In this document: piece by piece, positions 36,691-49,578 of the stretch
Layout: the number at the start of each line of letters is the position of its first letter
Numbering within the stretch: the first letter of the stretch is position 1
Assembly: GCA_010015585.1 (NCBI GenBank)
Contig: ML975149.1
DNA: 64,000 nucleotides
Direction: 5' to 3' (one strand)
Origin: Eremomyces bilateralis CBS 781.70
Taxonomy: Eukaryota
The notes under the pieces: model-generated
Told to the model about the DNA's origin: nothing
Seen by the model: the letters and a program-made list of their open reading frames with translations, nothing else
Database searches by the model: none
Translations under genes and position numbers: made by a program

Positions 36691-38214
36691 GAAGAGAATG
36701 TACTATACTGTATAAGGACTCTGGATAATAGGGGGATTGACTTTGATGGAATATGTATTATAATTTAAGGATTATTGGAGCAAGTTTGCTAGCGTTTGAA
36801 GGAATAGAATAGGGATAGTTCAGCTAAACTCGAGTTAATCTCGATATCCAAAAGGGGGAATTGTTTTATACGTAGATATCCTTACAGAGAATGATTGAAA
36901 GTATACTTTATATATGTTTTGGATGGATATATGGATCTTAATGGTGTATATTGTGCATCGGGAGTCGAGATGGATGGAGATATGCTGAGAATCCTTAATA
37001 GCCACTAGTGCAACTTGACTGCAATTGATCTCAGCCCCTAGGATGTAGGGACACTTTAAAAATAGATAGTCTGAAAGGGAGTAATCAAAAGTATAGTATC
37101 TATATGTTTTCAAAGGCCAATTGGTTGTTGAAAAGCAGCAGTATGGCCTTCAATATGTTCGCTATCGTGATTTTGGTTGGGAAAGCTTCACTAAACCCTG
37201 ATATTTTGGCTCAGACGCTGTTGGTAGTGGCGCCAAGTCTTCGGATCTTCCTTGTCACGTGCCTGTCAGTGGCTGGGGTATCTGAGACTACGTAAAGGCA
37301 TGAATCAGGAATTCGGCATAACTACAGTGATTACCTACGGTAGTTAATAGAACTGTGATTACCAAGCAGAACAAGGCGTACCTCCAGTTGAGCAGATTCC
37401 ACGTCAACTATAATATCCGTACTATCTAAATGGAATAATAATACCAGTGCCAGACGCGTAACTCCGAAGGGATGCAGTTCCTTGTGCGTTTCACAAGTTT
37501 CCTAATTACCTACCTACTCTGTTTTCTGCTCTTATTACCGCCCAAGACTTGGTAATAACAGCTAACAATGGCACCATGAACCAGTTGTCATTACCAATAA
37601 AGGTTTTGTAAGCACCCCCTTCCAGATGTGATCTCGGTTTAGCAAAGATCCCAACTGTTGCAGGGCTAATTTCCCATACCTGCCCCTATGATTATCACGA
37701 ATCAATATTAATAATACCAGCTTACCTGTTATTCCCCTTGCGCGGACCATTGGAAGGAATCTCACGATGGCCATCTTGGCAACTTCGGACCGAAGCGCCT
37801 AACACCGCCCATCATCACTTTCGCCAATATCTCGGCTCGCTCACTCGGACGAATTGTAACGGCCGCCATGGAGCCCACTTGATATCGTGGCTTCATGGCG
37901 CAATCCCCTTACTCGGGTACATACACCGAGGAGGGGGAGCGGTGCCGACGAGCATACAGCTATGTACGGGAAGTAATGTAATCAGTCTCCTTTGTCTACC
38001 ACATCCTTCCAATTAGTTAGCGGGGCAAGCCACTACGCAACGGTGTTCTTCAATGTCGGATCTTCTCCTCTCTGTCTTACCCCTCTCTGGTCGATTGCCG
38101 GGACTTTGAGAACTATATATTGCGGCTTGATCCTCGCGATATCCTCCTCGTCAGACGTCAATCCACCCTATCTAAACATCAAACAAATACTTACATCTTC
38201 ACACTAAAGCCGCC

Positions 38215-39291
38215 ATGCCTCCAACACTGCCAGGCCGTCTGGGTGACTCCAATCTGTCTCCCAAGACCGACCCTCGCACACATGCCCGAATCGTCGAAAT
38301 ATTGGGCCCATTTGGGGCCTGCGACCTCCCTCCTCCGGTTCCTAAAATGGACATCAATGATCCGAAATCCTACGCCGAATGGATGGTTCAGTCGGAGGCG
38401 GGACTGAAGCTGGTATACAACTCCCCTAAATCGCTCTCCGTCGAGCTTCCCCCTGTCGAGTCCTCCTCGGTCACGATCAAGGGGCGCAAGGGCAATGACA
38501 TCGCACTGCACATCCAGCGGCCAAAGGGCGTCTCGGGACCTCTACCAGCGGTGACCTATATCCATGGAGGCGGTATGGTCATCAATGAAGCCATGCTAGA
38601 CCCTCATGTGGACTGGGCGAAAGCCATCGCGGCTTCTGGTGCCATTTCCATCATCGTGGATTTTCGAAATGCCCTCCCACTGGATCCTTCCACCTCGTTC
38701 CCTGCCGGACTGCATGATAGCGTGGATGCCATCTTATATCTCCACTCGCAGCGAAAAGAGCTCGGGATCAGCAAACTCATCGCACAGGGAGAGAGTGGAG
38801 GCGCCAACCTCACCATCGCTGCCGCCCTGTCCCTGAAGCAGGAGGGCAAGACCGACGTGCTGGACGGGTTCTATGCCCTCGTGCCGTACATCTCGGGCGC
38901 GTACGGCAAGTCCGATGAATGGAAGCTAAAGCATCTCCCCAGCCTGGTGGAGTGCGACGGATACATGCTTGCCAACGACGGGATGGCGTACATGGCGAGG
39001 GCCTACGAGCCCACCGGAACAGCGGAGGAAAACCCGTTGGCGTGGCCGTGGTGGGCGACGGAGGAGGATCTGAAGGGGCTTCCGCCCGCCGTGATTAACG
39101 TGGCCGAGTTGGACCCGCTCCGAGATGAGGGTCTGGATTTCTCGAGGAAGTTGCGGAGAGCCGGGGTCAATGTCGAGGCGAATATCAAAGTAGGACTGAT
39201 GCACGGAACGGAGATTCTGGCGCGCGACGTGCTGGAGACGGAGCATCTGGCAGCTGCGAGAGATATCGTTAGGTTTGCGAATGCGCTTTAG
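38215..39291 (+). CDS. Alpha/beta-hydrolase esterase/lipase (HSL, family IV)
   Basis: YIHGGG oxyanion motif, GESGG nucleophile elbow, ELDPLRDEG acid motif and GLMHG catalytic His; intronless 358 aa. Confidence 0.9.
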   Translation: MPPTLPGRLGDSNLSPKTDPRTHARIVEILGPFGACDLPPPVPKMDINDPKSYAEWMVQSEAGLKLVYNSPKSLSVELPPVESSSVTIKGRKGNDIALHIQRPKGVSGPLPAVTYIHGGGMVINEAMLDPHVDWAKAIAASGAISIIVDFRNALPLDPSTSFPAGLHDSVDAILYLHSQRKELGISKLIAQGESGGANLTIAAALSLKQEGKTDVLDGFYALVPYISGAYGKSDEWKLKHLPSLVECDGYMLANDGMAYMARAYEPTGTAEENPLAWPWWATEEDLKGLPPAVINVAELDPLRDEGLDFSRKLRRAGVNVEANIKVGLMHGTEILARDVLETEHLAAARDIVRFANAL

Positions 39292-39781
39292 GCCCTTCGT
39301 CTAGATTATTCGGATTGCAATAATGTTGGATATCTTTACTCAACACCCCTGCACTAGTTAGTGATATATCGTTCATACTACCTTAACTGGGACTGGTCAT
39401 CTCGAGACACCACATACTAGGCTCGGTGCGGTACGCTGGTCTCACCGTCAACTGTAGTGAACACAATGTTGTGGTGATTGGTGAACACGATAAGTTAATT
39501 AAAGGGGTGTGATGAAATATGACAAGACACTTCTCGTGCTACTGAATGTTTTAGTGTTGCTCGGAGGAGCAGACGTGATTTCATGCTGCGCCACTGTCCC
39601 TGAGACCTCCAGACGGTCAGCCACAATATCAATTTGAGGTGACGAGACCTGGAAACGCGCTCTGGAACTCGACAAGTTGCAACCCCCAGATCACTCTCTT
39701 ATCTCCCCTTACGGCGACGACTCTTACTCTTGCCAAAAACATGAGTATTCCCATATTGCGACTGCAGAATCACCGCGGAAA

Positions 39782-42700
39782 ATGCATCTCGTGAAGCCAT
39801 TATGGCTTACCCATGGAGGTGATACCCCCGATCTCTCCGCAACGGACATGAACCCTTTTGTTCGCGCGTTGATGGCTGACCCCCAATCTAGGCGAACTCA
39901 AAGATTTCGAAGTCTACAGCTGCCATGTCTCTGCTGATGGCAAACGGCTGGTAACAGCCGCCGGAGGTACGCGTTGTTGTGCCTCACTTATAGAGGTCCC
40001 GCTAACCACGACTATATAGACGGCTTTGTGCGAATCTGGTCGACGGATGCGGTCTACAAGGTCTCAGATCCAGAATATACCGGGCCCAAACAACTCGCAG
40101 CGATCAGCAATCACACGGGGACTATCCATACCGTCCGCTTCTCGGGGAACAACAGGTATCTTGCGTCCGGCGCAGACGATCGCATCGTCTGCGTTTATAC
40201 TTTGGATCCGAATCCTCCTCCAGCGGCATTTGGTACGTTAGAAAGGCTTGGTGCAGTCCACAACCAGAACGGTGGATTGCTTATCAAATTGGACCGCCGT
40301 GTTCGTTATCAAGATTGCATTCACTAACGCATGGTAGGGTCAAGCGAAGAACCACCCGTGGAGAATTGGCGCGTCTTTCGCCGATTGATCGGACACGACA
40401 ACGATGTACAGGACCTCGGTTGGTCCTACGATTCCTCGATTCTTGTCTCGGTCGGACTCGACTCCAAGGTGGTGGTTTGGTCCGGACACACGTTTGAGAA
40501 GCTGAAAACGTTGGTACAACATCAGAGTCACGTCAAAGGGATCACATTTGATCCCGCAAACAAATACTTCGCAACTGCTAGCGACGACCGAACAGTCAAA
40601 ATCTACCGATTTACCTCCCCAACTCCGAACTCGACTGCTCAAGACCAAGTCAATAACTTCGTTCTCGAGCATTCAGTTTCAACACCCTTCATCTCCTCCC
40701 CTCTTACGACATATTTCCGAAGATGTTCTTGGTCACCAGACGGGAACCACATTGCGGCAGCGAACGCGGTGAACGGCCCAGTGAGCTCAGTTGCCATCGT
40801 CAATCGCGGTAGTTGGGACAGCGATATCAACTTGATTGGCCATGAGCGTCCCGTGGAGGTGTGCGCATTCTCGCCTCGAATGTTCTACCGAGAGCCTTGG
40901 ACTGCCGAGCAAACCGCACAAGGAAGTGCTCCACCAGCAGTGACAGTGATTGCTTGCGCAGGTCAAGACAAGACGCTGAGCATTTGGAACACGAGCTTCG
41001 CACGGCCCTTTGTCATTACCCATGAGCTCACGCAAAAAGCCATTTCAGACGTCGCCTGGGCTCCGGACGGGGAAACTCTGTTTCTGACAAGCCTTGACGG
41101 CAGCATTCTCGTTGCGATGTTTGAGCCCGGTGAGCTGGGATTCGCCGCGCCACTCACAGAAATCGAAAAGAGCCTTTCCAAATTCGGGGCTGGCCGAAAA
41201 GCTGGAGTCAGCGAGGGTCCCGAAGCTCTTCGTCTGGAAGAAAGCAGCAAGGCTGGGGAACTCAAGGGTGCCCAGGGCCGAATGGGAGAACTCATGGGTG
41301 ACCCGGGATCCCATGTGCCCCAAACAAACGGCGTGAACGGCGTGGCTAAGACGAATGGCATCACTATCGCCAACACACCCGGACCGAGCACAGGCTCACC
41401 TGCGCCACAGCAACCTCCTCAGGATCCTCGTATCGAGGATCTAAAAAGCCGGATCACATACACCAAGGAGGGCAGAAAGAAGATTCGACCGATGCTGATA
41501 TCAACCTCCTCTTCCCTAGCCGAATCCTCTCTCCCACAGACTCAACTAGTATCAGGCTCAGCCCAGAACGCCAGGAGTGACGCCCCGCATCAGATCCTCG
41601 ACCTATCCAAAGCATATGATGGATTCCCCAAAGGTGGATTGACCGGTTTGCTCGTCGGCAACAAGCGCAAGTTTGCCGAGATCGAAGGGGATGAGGAACG
41701 AAGAGTGGAAAAGCGGCTGGCAGGCGCTGTGCGGGATGGAGGGGCGCCAGTTGTTATGAACAGTGGCGACGGATTAATTCCACCTAGTCTTGCGACTCAG
41801 GCGGCAGGCTCCATTGCCCCTGGCGTCCTTCGGCCGGCCATGATGAATCCAAGCTTGTCTGTCAGCCAAATCAGACTTGCTGTTCCACAAGTTCGCGCGT
41901 CAATAGTAAGGACAATGGACGGCGCCGATCCCACAGCTACAGAGGGCGCAAAACCTGCGGATGATTCTGTCAGGTTGGAAGTCAAGAACTCGTTTGCGCC
42001 TTCACGGACGGGCAGGGCACAAGATCGAGATCCAGCTCGGGTGGCCTGCACGAAATCCGACCAAGCACTCTGGCAAGACTATTTACCTAAACAAGCTCTC
42101 CTCACCACCGGAAACCCGAACTTCTGGGCCGTAGCATGCGAGGATGGATCAATCTACATCTGGACTCCCGCAGGACGCCGGCTATTGAACGCACTAGTGC
42201 TCGAGTCGCAACCAGTCATCCTAGATTGCCGCGGTTGGCACTTGATGTGCATCAGCGCAGTTGGTCTCGCGTATGTATGGAACATCAAGACTCTCTCCGC
42301 CCCTCACCCTCCCGTATCCCTCGCGCCCGTTCTCGACTGTGCCATCCAGTCCCAAGGACCTCATCTCACGGGTTCCCCTGGCATCATCTTCGCACGACTG
42401 AACTCCGAAGGCCGGCTTGTTGTCGCTCTCTCAAACGGGGATGGCTACACATACTCTCCCGCAATGTTTGTCTGGCAACGTCTTAGCGAGTCTTGGTGGG
42501 CAGTCACTAGTCAATATTGGAACACCACCGATTCGTCCATTGGCAAGTTGCAATCGTCCTCGCCCTCGAACGGTCAGGCGAAGAACGCCGAGTCATCGGA
42601 TATGTTGGCTCCTGAAAATTTGTCGGCAGGTATCATTCCACTTCTAGAGCGGAATACTACGAATCACACATTGTTGCGTGGCCGCGCATTCTTCCTCCAG

Positions 42701-43212
42701 CGGTTGATCAAGGCTTTACTTGTCGCAGAAGGCTTCGAGGGCTTCGAGGCAAGCGCTTCAGTCGCACATCTAGAGAATCGCGTTGCCGCTGCTCTGTCGC
42801 TCGGTGCTAAGGACGAGTTCCGAGTCTATCTTCTCATGTATGCACGGCGGTTGGGCGCCGAGGGGCTAAAAATCAAGGTACAGGAGCTCCTTGGCAGCTT
42901 ACTCGGGGATGGCATCGATGATCTCGACCCAAACGATGTGGATATGGCTCAACCAGCCGAGAAAGAGAAAGGGTGGTTCAGCACGGAGCAAGAGATCTGC
43001 GGATGGAACCGGCGGCAATTGCTGAAGGAGGTAGTCTTGGTTCTGGGTAAGTTGACCTATCCCATTTTAATGACCGTTTGAAACTAACATGCATGATAGG
43101 CAAGCATCGTGACTTGCAACGGACGACTGTTCCATTTGCCCGACTGTTAGGCGTTATCGATGAACAGGCTCCAGCATCGGACGAGGCGATGGCTGTGGAT
43201 ACTACGACATAA
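39782..43212 (+). CDS. HIR1: Histone chaperone HIRA/Hir1, multi-exon
   Basis: MHLVKPLWLTHGG start, WD40 repeats (GHDNDVQDLGWS, YFRRCSWSPDG), B-motif TKEGRKKIRP, Hira domain (IWTPAGRRLL, AHLENR) and last exon GKHRDLQR. Confidence 0.95.
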
Positions 43213-43826
43213 TGGTGTATAACTCGGCTAGGGGTGTTTGTTGAATTTGCTTTGGGTATTAGCAGGTGCACAGGGTGTCGACAGCGTCATCCAGGGCGTA
43301 TACTCTATTCTGTTCATGTAATCCTAACTCATAGACAATGGATCTAGTCGAGTCTGTAGCCGACAGGCCAACTAATTAACACACACACGGTGACGAGCCG
43401 TTGCAAACCCCCAGGGTCAAACCCCCTAGAATCATTCTCTCGGCCTACCTTTCCCCTAGACAATCCCAGCCGCACGGCTCCTTACGAAATATTATCTGCT
43501 TGGACATTTCAACTTCGTACTTGTGCAGCTAACGTTAAGTGATTGCCTTACGGGGGAATTGCCCATAGATCGCTTACAAGAATGGTTGATTCAGAGAATA
43601 GTACCAGGGATCGAAAACCGAACTACGACTGACAATGCCGTCGACCACGGTACGACACGTCGTGCTGCAATACGGTGCTTCAATGGTACTACTCGATCTT
43701 CATTTCCAAGTCTTCATTTCTATTCCTTATAAAAGCGACGAGCATGGATTTGAGTTTGCGAATCTTTTTAATTCTCAATTTGAATCACGGTGAATTGCAT
43801 GACTGTTATTGAAGCTTATCATCACG

Positions 43827-44558
43827 ATGAACCAAAACAAGGTGGATATGATCCCTTTCAATATTAAAAATACTCTCTCACGCTCAACCTAGCTGAATCT
43901 AGAAGATTTGAACGACGACGTGCTTTGCGTGGTCGCCGATCACCTTTCCGGCAATGACTTGGCTACCCTCCGCTACACCTCTCGTCGCCTTGCTGCCGGA
44001 ACCGCTCGTTCCTTCAGGGCTCGTTTCGTTGTCCATCGACGGCTGGTTTTCAGCGAATACCCTTTACAGCGCGAAGTCCTCCGCTTAATCAGCAGGCCGT
44101 ATCTAAGAAAGCAAGTTCGTACGCTCACCATTCAATCCCATCACTGTTGGTGCATCACAGCCTGGTACACCCAGACTATGCCGTCCCTGGTGGCGCTGTT
44201 GGAGCTTGTAAACCCTCGTACGATCCGGATTCAGCTCGAACCATCGCGATCCGAGTGTCCGCTGCTGTACACTTTATCACAGGAATGGGAAGTAGGGGTC
44301 AAGCTCCTGAAGGCAGCCGTTAAGGAGGCCAGCGGTTGCCAGTCAACAGAAGTAATTGTGGAAGAACCGTATATGCCCCTATTTGATTACAATACCCGCT
44401 ATGCCGAATACTGACTACCAAATAGGGATTGGAAGAATATTATTCAACCTAGGTAAGCCGGACGACCGCTTCGGACCTCGAAGTGTATAGGACTGACAAA
44501 TAGGCTAGATGGACGCGCCCTAGGCCCGGGATGTCTCTCCTATCTGGTTTTGCTCTAA
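43827..44558 (+). CDS. Small F-box protein (predicted 4 exons)
   Basis: MNQNK|LNLEDLNDDVLCVVADHLSGNDLATLRYTSRRL is an F-box pattern. GT-AG introns are predicted around ORF 43908-44414. Confidence 0.55.
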
Positions 44559-46116
44559 CCTGGTTCTTCAGGTACGGATTTTCTTAAATTCACTACAATT
44601 CTCTAATCAATTTTTGCCTAGCAAACAGTGGGAGGAATCCATCGAGCTGAGGGGCAGAGATCACCTGTCTTGAGTCGATTGTTTCTACCTAGCGTCCGGT
44701 TGTAATCGCGGCTTTTATGGATATCGGTTTAAGAGCGGCTTAATTTCTCATTCATTTTCTGCCGCATACCATCATACTTCAGTGGTAACTGGCAGACGCC
44801 ACAAGAATCGCTCAAGTTGTAAGAATTATGGCACCAAGTCCTTTCCATAGCTGCCGAGCCAGTTAACAAATACCACAATTAGGATTGAATACTATTGTCG
44901 CCGTAATCTATGCCCGCATGGGTTGAAGCCATTTCAACAGAACATGAATACGATGCCTCAACTGCCTACCGTCCATTGTTCCTGGACAAGACGAGCACAA
45001 AACAAACCCCGAAACCAGTCCAAATTGTCCAAGCCGCAGTTCAGTGGAAGGTGTTTGTTCACAGGACCACAGACATTAATATTATTGCGTGTCTGAAGGT
45101 TTGCTGGGTGAGCAATGCGCATTTGCCACTGAAGGAAACTTCATTGATATACTATGATGTTTCCTGTACGCGTCAGTTACGCCGATTCAGCATTCTTCCA
45201 TCCTGGACAGCAGCACTCGCCTTCGGTATAAATCAAGCTTCAGGTCCTCGGAAATACCTCGAGATCTTTCTCTTTCTCCAAGTCTGCAATCATGAACTTT
45301 AATTCTCCCCTCGTCCTCCGCCTTGGTTACAGCCACAGAAAGTTATACTCGGCAAATTTGACTGTTCATCCGCTCGATAGCGCTTCTCAATAATTCCACT
45401 GGTGAAGCCGGACTCAGCCTCCGCGCCGGTATATTGCCAAAGATTATTTCGCGAATTTATGCATGCGCTATTATAACAATTGTCTATGTCAACAAATACG
45501 TGGCCACCCGTACCACTTGGTTCGGCAAAAATTTAGTTGAGAACAAGATCAGAGTCTGGGCAGCGCAGCACATCCTTCGAAATCGTATCGGAACCCCCCA
45601 TCCTAACCACCCATGCGGACAATTGCCCGGAGGAAGATATAGAGGCAGTGCAAGAGAAGTGCAACGACTACTAGTACCGGCATCTCCCAAAAAGATACAC
45701 TAAAGAGTAGATCGGGGGTGCCAGCAGCATGAGGTCCAGAGGTGAATGCGATATCTTGAGGAGCGGATAATCCTCCAGAAGAGGGACCAAGCCCTCGTTG
45801 TTTCGGCACCGTAAGTCTGGAACCAATGGAAGGTTATCATAATGATTACTAAACTGCATATTAGGGATTCGGAAGCGCTTCTGGAGGGTGCAACTGGTGG
45901 ACGCACTGATATGACGTGGTTTTCCTTGCAGCATATGGCCTTTGAACGCAAAGCACCCTTGGTTTACTGTAATAATCTAGAGAGTTCCGCCTACAATCTG
46001 TACATTGCAAAGTGCCGAGACTCAGATACGAACAGTTCTGATATTGCGCTAAAGGTAATTGGGTTGTTGTCGCCAAAATGCTGCCTTCAACAGGAACGGA
46101 ACCTGTGCCACTCCCT

Positions 46117-47944
46117 TCAGACTTTGTCCTCGGGACGGACAACATCATGCGTAATGTCCTCCACGGTGGTCTTCTCTCCCCTTTTCTGAGCCTCAATCAC
46201 CTCCTCAACCTCCCTATCCAGCCTCGAATTGCCCTTGGTGGTCTTCCACGGCTGGGGTCCATCCTTGGAGAAGAGGTGCTCGATTTCCTCGATGGTCTTT
46301 CCACACGTCTCCGGATAAGCAATGAAGAAATGACCCGCTGCGGCGAAGCACAAGACACCGAAGATGATGAACGTCTTCCAGAGAATGTTTCGGAATGCCG
46401 GTGGGATGAACATCCCTAGGGCAAAATTGAATAGCCAGTTGCCTAGGGAAGCGATACCCATCCCGGTGGCTCGAGTACCAAGGGACCAAACCTCAGCCGC
46501 GTAGATCCAGCACACGGGCGCGAGTGTGAGAGCGTAGGCGATGATCAGTAGGTATGAAAAGGCAATCACAGTACTGCTCGCTCCCCCTGAAACCTTCATC
46601 AGAACGTTTAAGTTGCCGCCAACACCCTCGGGAACGTAGGTGTAACGGGCTCCCAGCACACTGCCAACAACAATATGGCAGATACCCATAGCAATTGCGC
46701 CATATACCAATAGCGTACGACGGCCGATCTTATCGACGAAGAAGAACATTATCGAGGTGAAGATGATGAATAGCGCGTATTGGACTCCAGAGGAGATGAG
46801 ATTGATGTTGCCTTCCAATCCAGCCATTTGGAAAACATACACGATGTAGTATGTCATCACGTTCGCCCTTATGAATAGTCAGCATGGGGATATCGACCAT
46901 AAGGACAGATAAGAAAGACACGGATGGATGAATGGAGGGGTTCTGGACGATCAGGCATAACGTCCTAGTTGAATGGGCCAAAATGTGCCCTTGAGGAAAT
47001 TCAATACGTACCCGCTCATCTGTTGCCATGCTTGCACGGTGAAACCGGCAAGAGTACGTTTCCACATCCCGTTCTTGACAAACTTCCGCCACCCGGCTTT
47101 GCCCTCCTCTCTTTCTGCTCGCAGCACGGTCAAGATCTCTTCGAACTCCGCAATCACCAGAGGATCGTCGACACGACCGTTCGCCTGGATCTGGGCCAAA
47201 ACAAAGATCGCCTCCTCAGTTCTGTCCACTTTCGCCAGCCAGCGCGGTGAGCGAGGTAGGAAAGGAAGTCCGATCATGAGCATGATGCAAGGGACGAACT
47301 GCAGCCCCCAAGCAGTGCGGAAGGAGGCTGGTCCATCAATAAAGGAGCAGCCGTAGCCGATGAAGAACATGATGAGAATGCCCCATTCAATAGCCAACTG
47401 CTGGATCATGATGATCGCACCTCGCTTGTCCTTCTTTGCGACCTCAGCGAGGTACACGGGGACTTGAGAGCTGGTGATGCCAACAGTCACTCCATTCAAA
47501 ATGCGACCAGCGATCAACATCCCTTGGTTGGTAGTAGCAACTTGCACGGCAGTGCCGACAAGCCACCATAAACATGCGAACATGATTGAGTCTCGACGGC
47601 CGATCTTGTCAGAGATGGGGCCGGCTATGATGGATCCAAGGACGGAGCCAGCCGCAAGAGCAGATCCAATGGCGCCCTGTTGGACGCCATGCGGGTTGTT
47701 GAAGTAATCGATGTACTGTGGTGTGATGACGATGGCGGACATGGAAGAGATATCGAAACCGAAGCTTAGAAAGGGTCAGTTGAGCATTCACAGAGTATGT
47801 CTTGTGTATTCATACAGCATCCCGCCCATGGTCGCGACACATGCTAGGAAGTAGATATTGTAAATCTTCGGGAACTAGGACGCGTCAGTATACTGATACT
47901 GTGAACGCGTCGGTCCTCCATACACTTGGTAGTTTGACCGCCAT
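46117..47944 (-). CDS. MFS sugar porter (HGT1-like monosaccharide transporter), 4 exons
   Basis: GGML-FGFDISSMS, SDKIGRR, PVYLAE, PRSPRWL, WQQMSG-ANVMTYY, VDKIGRR and YPETCGKTIEEI are sugar-porter signatures. Confidence 0.93.
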
Positions 47945-49578
47945 CTTGAACCCTTCGACGGCTGCTCGCCTTCTGCTATTACAACTGTTCGATGTTTACT
48001 TCACCTCTGAAGCACAACTTTAGGAAAGTTTAGATTGTAGACTCCGGCAAGACCAATATAAGAAGTCTTCGACTCCTCCACTTCCCCGCGGCTTCTCCAT
48101 GGAATCGTCGCCCCACGTTTGACCCGACGGAATGATTGAAGACGGGCGAGGATCTGCAGAGACAGGCCCTTCTTCATCTTAGACTTTCCAGTAGGATGGT
48201 TCTCCAAAACGATGCAACTCCATCTCCCCCGCATCCCCATGTCCGCGAGTCCCGGAGATGATCCGTTTCTAGGGGATAGCGCTGGCATAGCGAATAGCGG
48301 CGTCCCAAATACTAAAGTGGTTTCCTTAGTGGTTGGTAGTCTTGGTACCCAGCGCCTGTCCTTTCGGCTTTCGGAGACATGCCGACTGCTGTGGATGAAT
48401 GGGCGACGGTCCTACATCAGAAGATTTATGACGTTGCATCGGGCAAGATATCGATAGGGAATTGGTCGAGACTCTAGTGGTGTCCAAGACCAGCGCCGTT
48501 GACCAGCAGACGCTAAAATCGAAAGACATGCAGCCCTAGATTTGGCGTAGCATGCCGAGGCTTTTAGCCGATGATGGAACGGTCCACAAGCTTCCGCCAA
48601 TCAGCCACCGAAATTGCTTTTATTTAATCCCCCAAGAAGGATTGTAGAATACGAGAAAGTCTAGAATACCATACTCGTCAGCCTTATCAGTGTCATAATT
48701 AGAGCATTCAATTGCTCTTAATCAAGAAGCGCTGCGTACTGCAGCCAAGGTCCCTTTCCCACTGACCTAGACACCTAAACGCTTCAGTAGCCTCAAACAA
48801 ATACTTACTACGGGTCAGTCACATGAGGATACTAATTTTCCCGCGAAATATCTCCGTGATGCCGAGCTTGGCACCCTGAATTCCCGATGATCGGCTGACC
48901 CTGGAGATGCTTCCGAAAGTGGAAATTCCGGTGGTCATTTACCCGGAGTGTGGAGACTGTGGAGACTGGGGAGCTGCCGAACTGGGGATGAACTTCTCTC
49001 TACTGAGCTGCAATTCCGAATCCATCACAAGTTCACAATAGTGAATAGCCATTGAAGAGACAGGCATACGTACCACATGTAATTGGCACCATCCATTTCT
49101 TGCAGTGGCGAGGGTACGCTAATGCTATACACTTGATGGGTATCATGCAAGTACCATCAAGATTAAATGGGGTGAACATGAGAGAAGGAGCCTAACCAGC
49201 CCATGAACAATAAGCTTTGACCCTAAACATGCGAGGCTTGCAGCTGCAGCCAGCGAATCCCGAGACCTCTGCAAGCGACTAAATTTGAATCCCTGGGGAC
49301 TGGTGATATAGGCGTAGAGTTTTCGGAAGTGTCGTAGAGGCGTGGGCAAGTTGTAAACAGCCGAGTTAGAAAAGTTCCCGACGTGGCATCTTGTGTATAT
49401 GCCGAAGAGGCCGGTTCGCGGTTGAGCAGCGCTTGCTTCTAATGCCATCTTCCCCAAATCGGAAGACCACCGAAGTCACTGACAGTCGAAATCACAGATA
49501 GGGTGCGTTACGCTGCTTGCAGACGAATGCTGATCGAAATTGATAAGAGGGGTATCTCGAAAAACGCTGGATAGCTCA

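Larger units (their letters stand above)
30934..37290. mobile_element. Full-length AcademH-like DNA transposon (transposase + RecQ-like helicase), 6357 bp, mutated
   Basis: Left end TAGCCTTAGATACCTCAGGCCAC matches the reverse complement of the right end, TAGTCTCAGATACCCCAGCCAC. Flanking direct repeats are CGCAAAGG (30926-30933) and CGTAAAGG (37291-37298). The interior is AT-rich and carries two convergent genes. Confidence 0.85.

Noticed and set aside
30934..37290. Starship, Helitron or telomere-linked helicase interpretation
   Set aside because: There is no tyrosine-recombinase captain, no Rep/PIF1 motifs and no telomeric repeats. TIRs plus a TSD fit a cut-and-paste DDE element.
44600..46050. 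Short ORFs between the F-box gene and the transporter
   Set aside because: No supportable homology.
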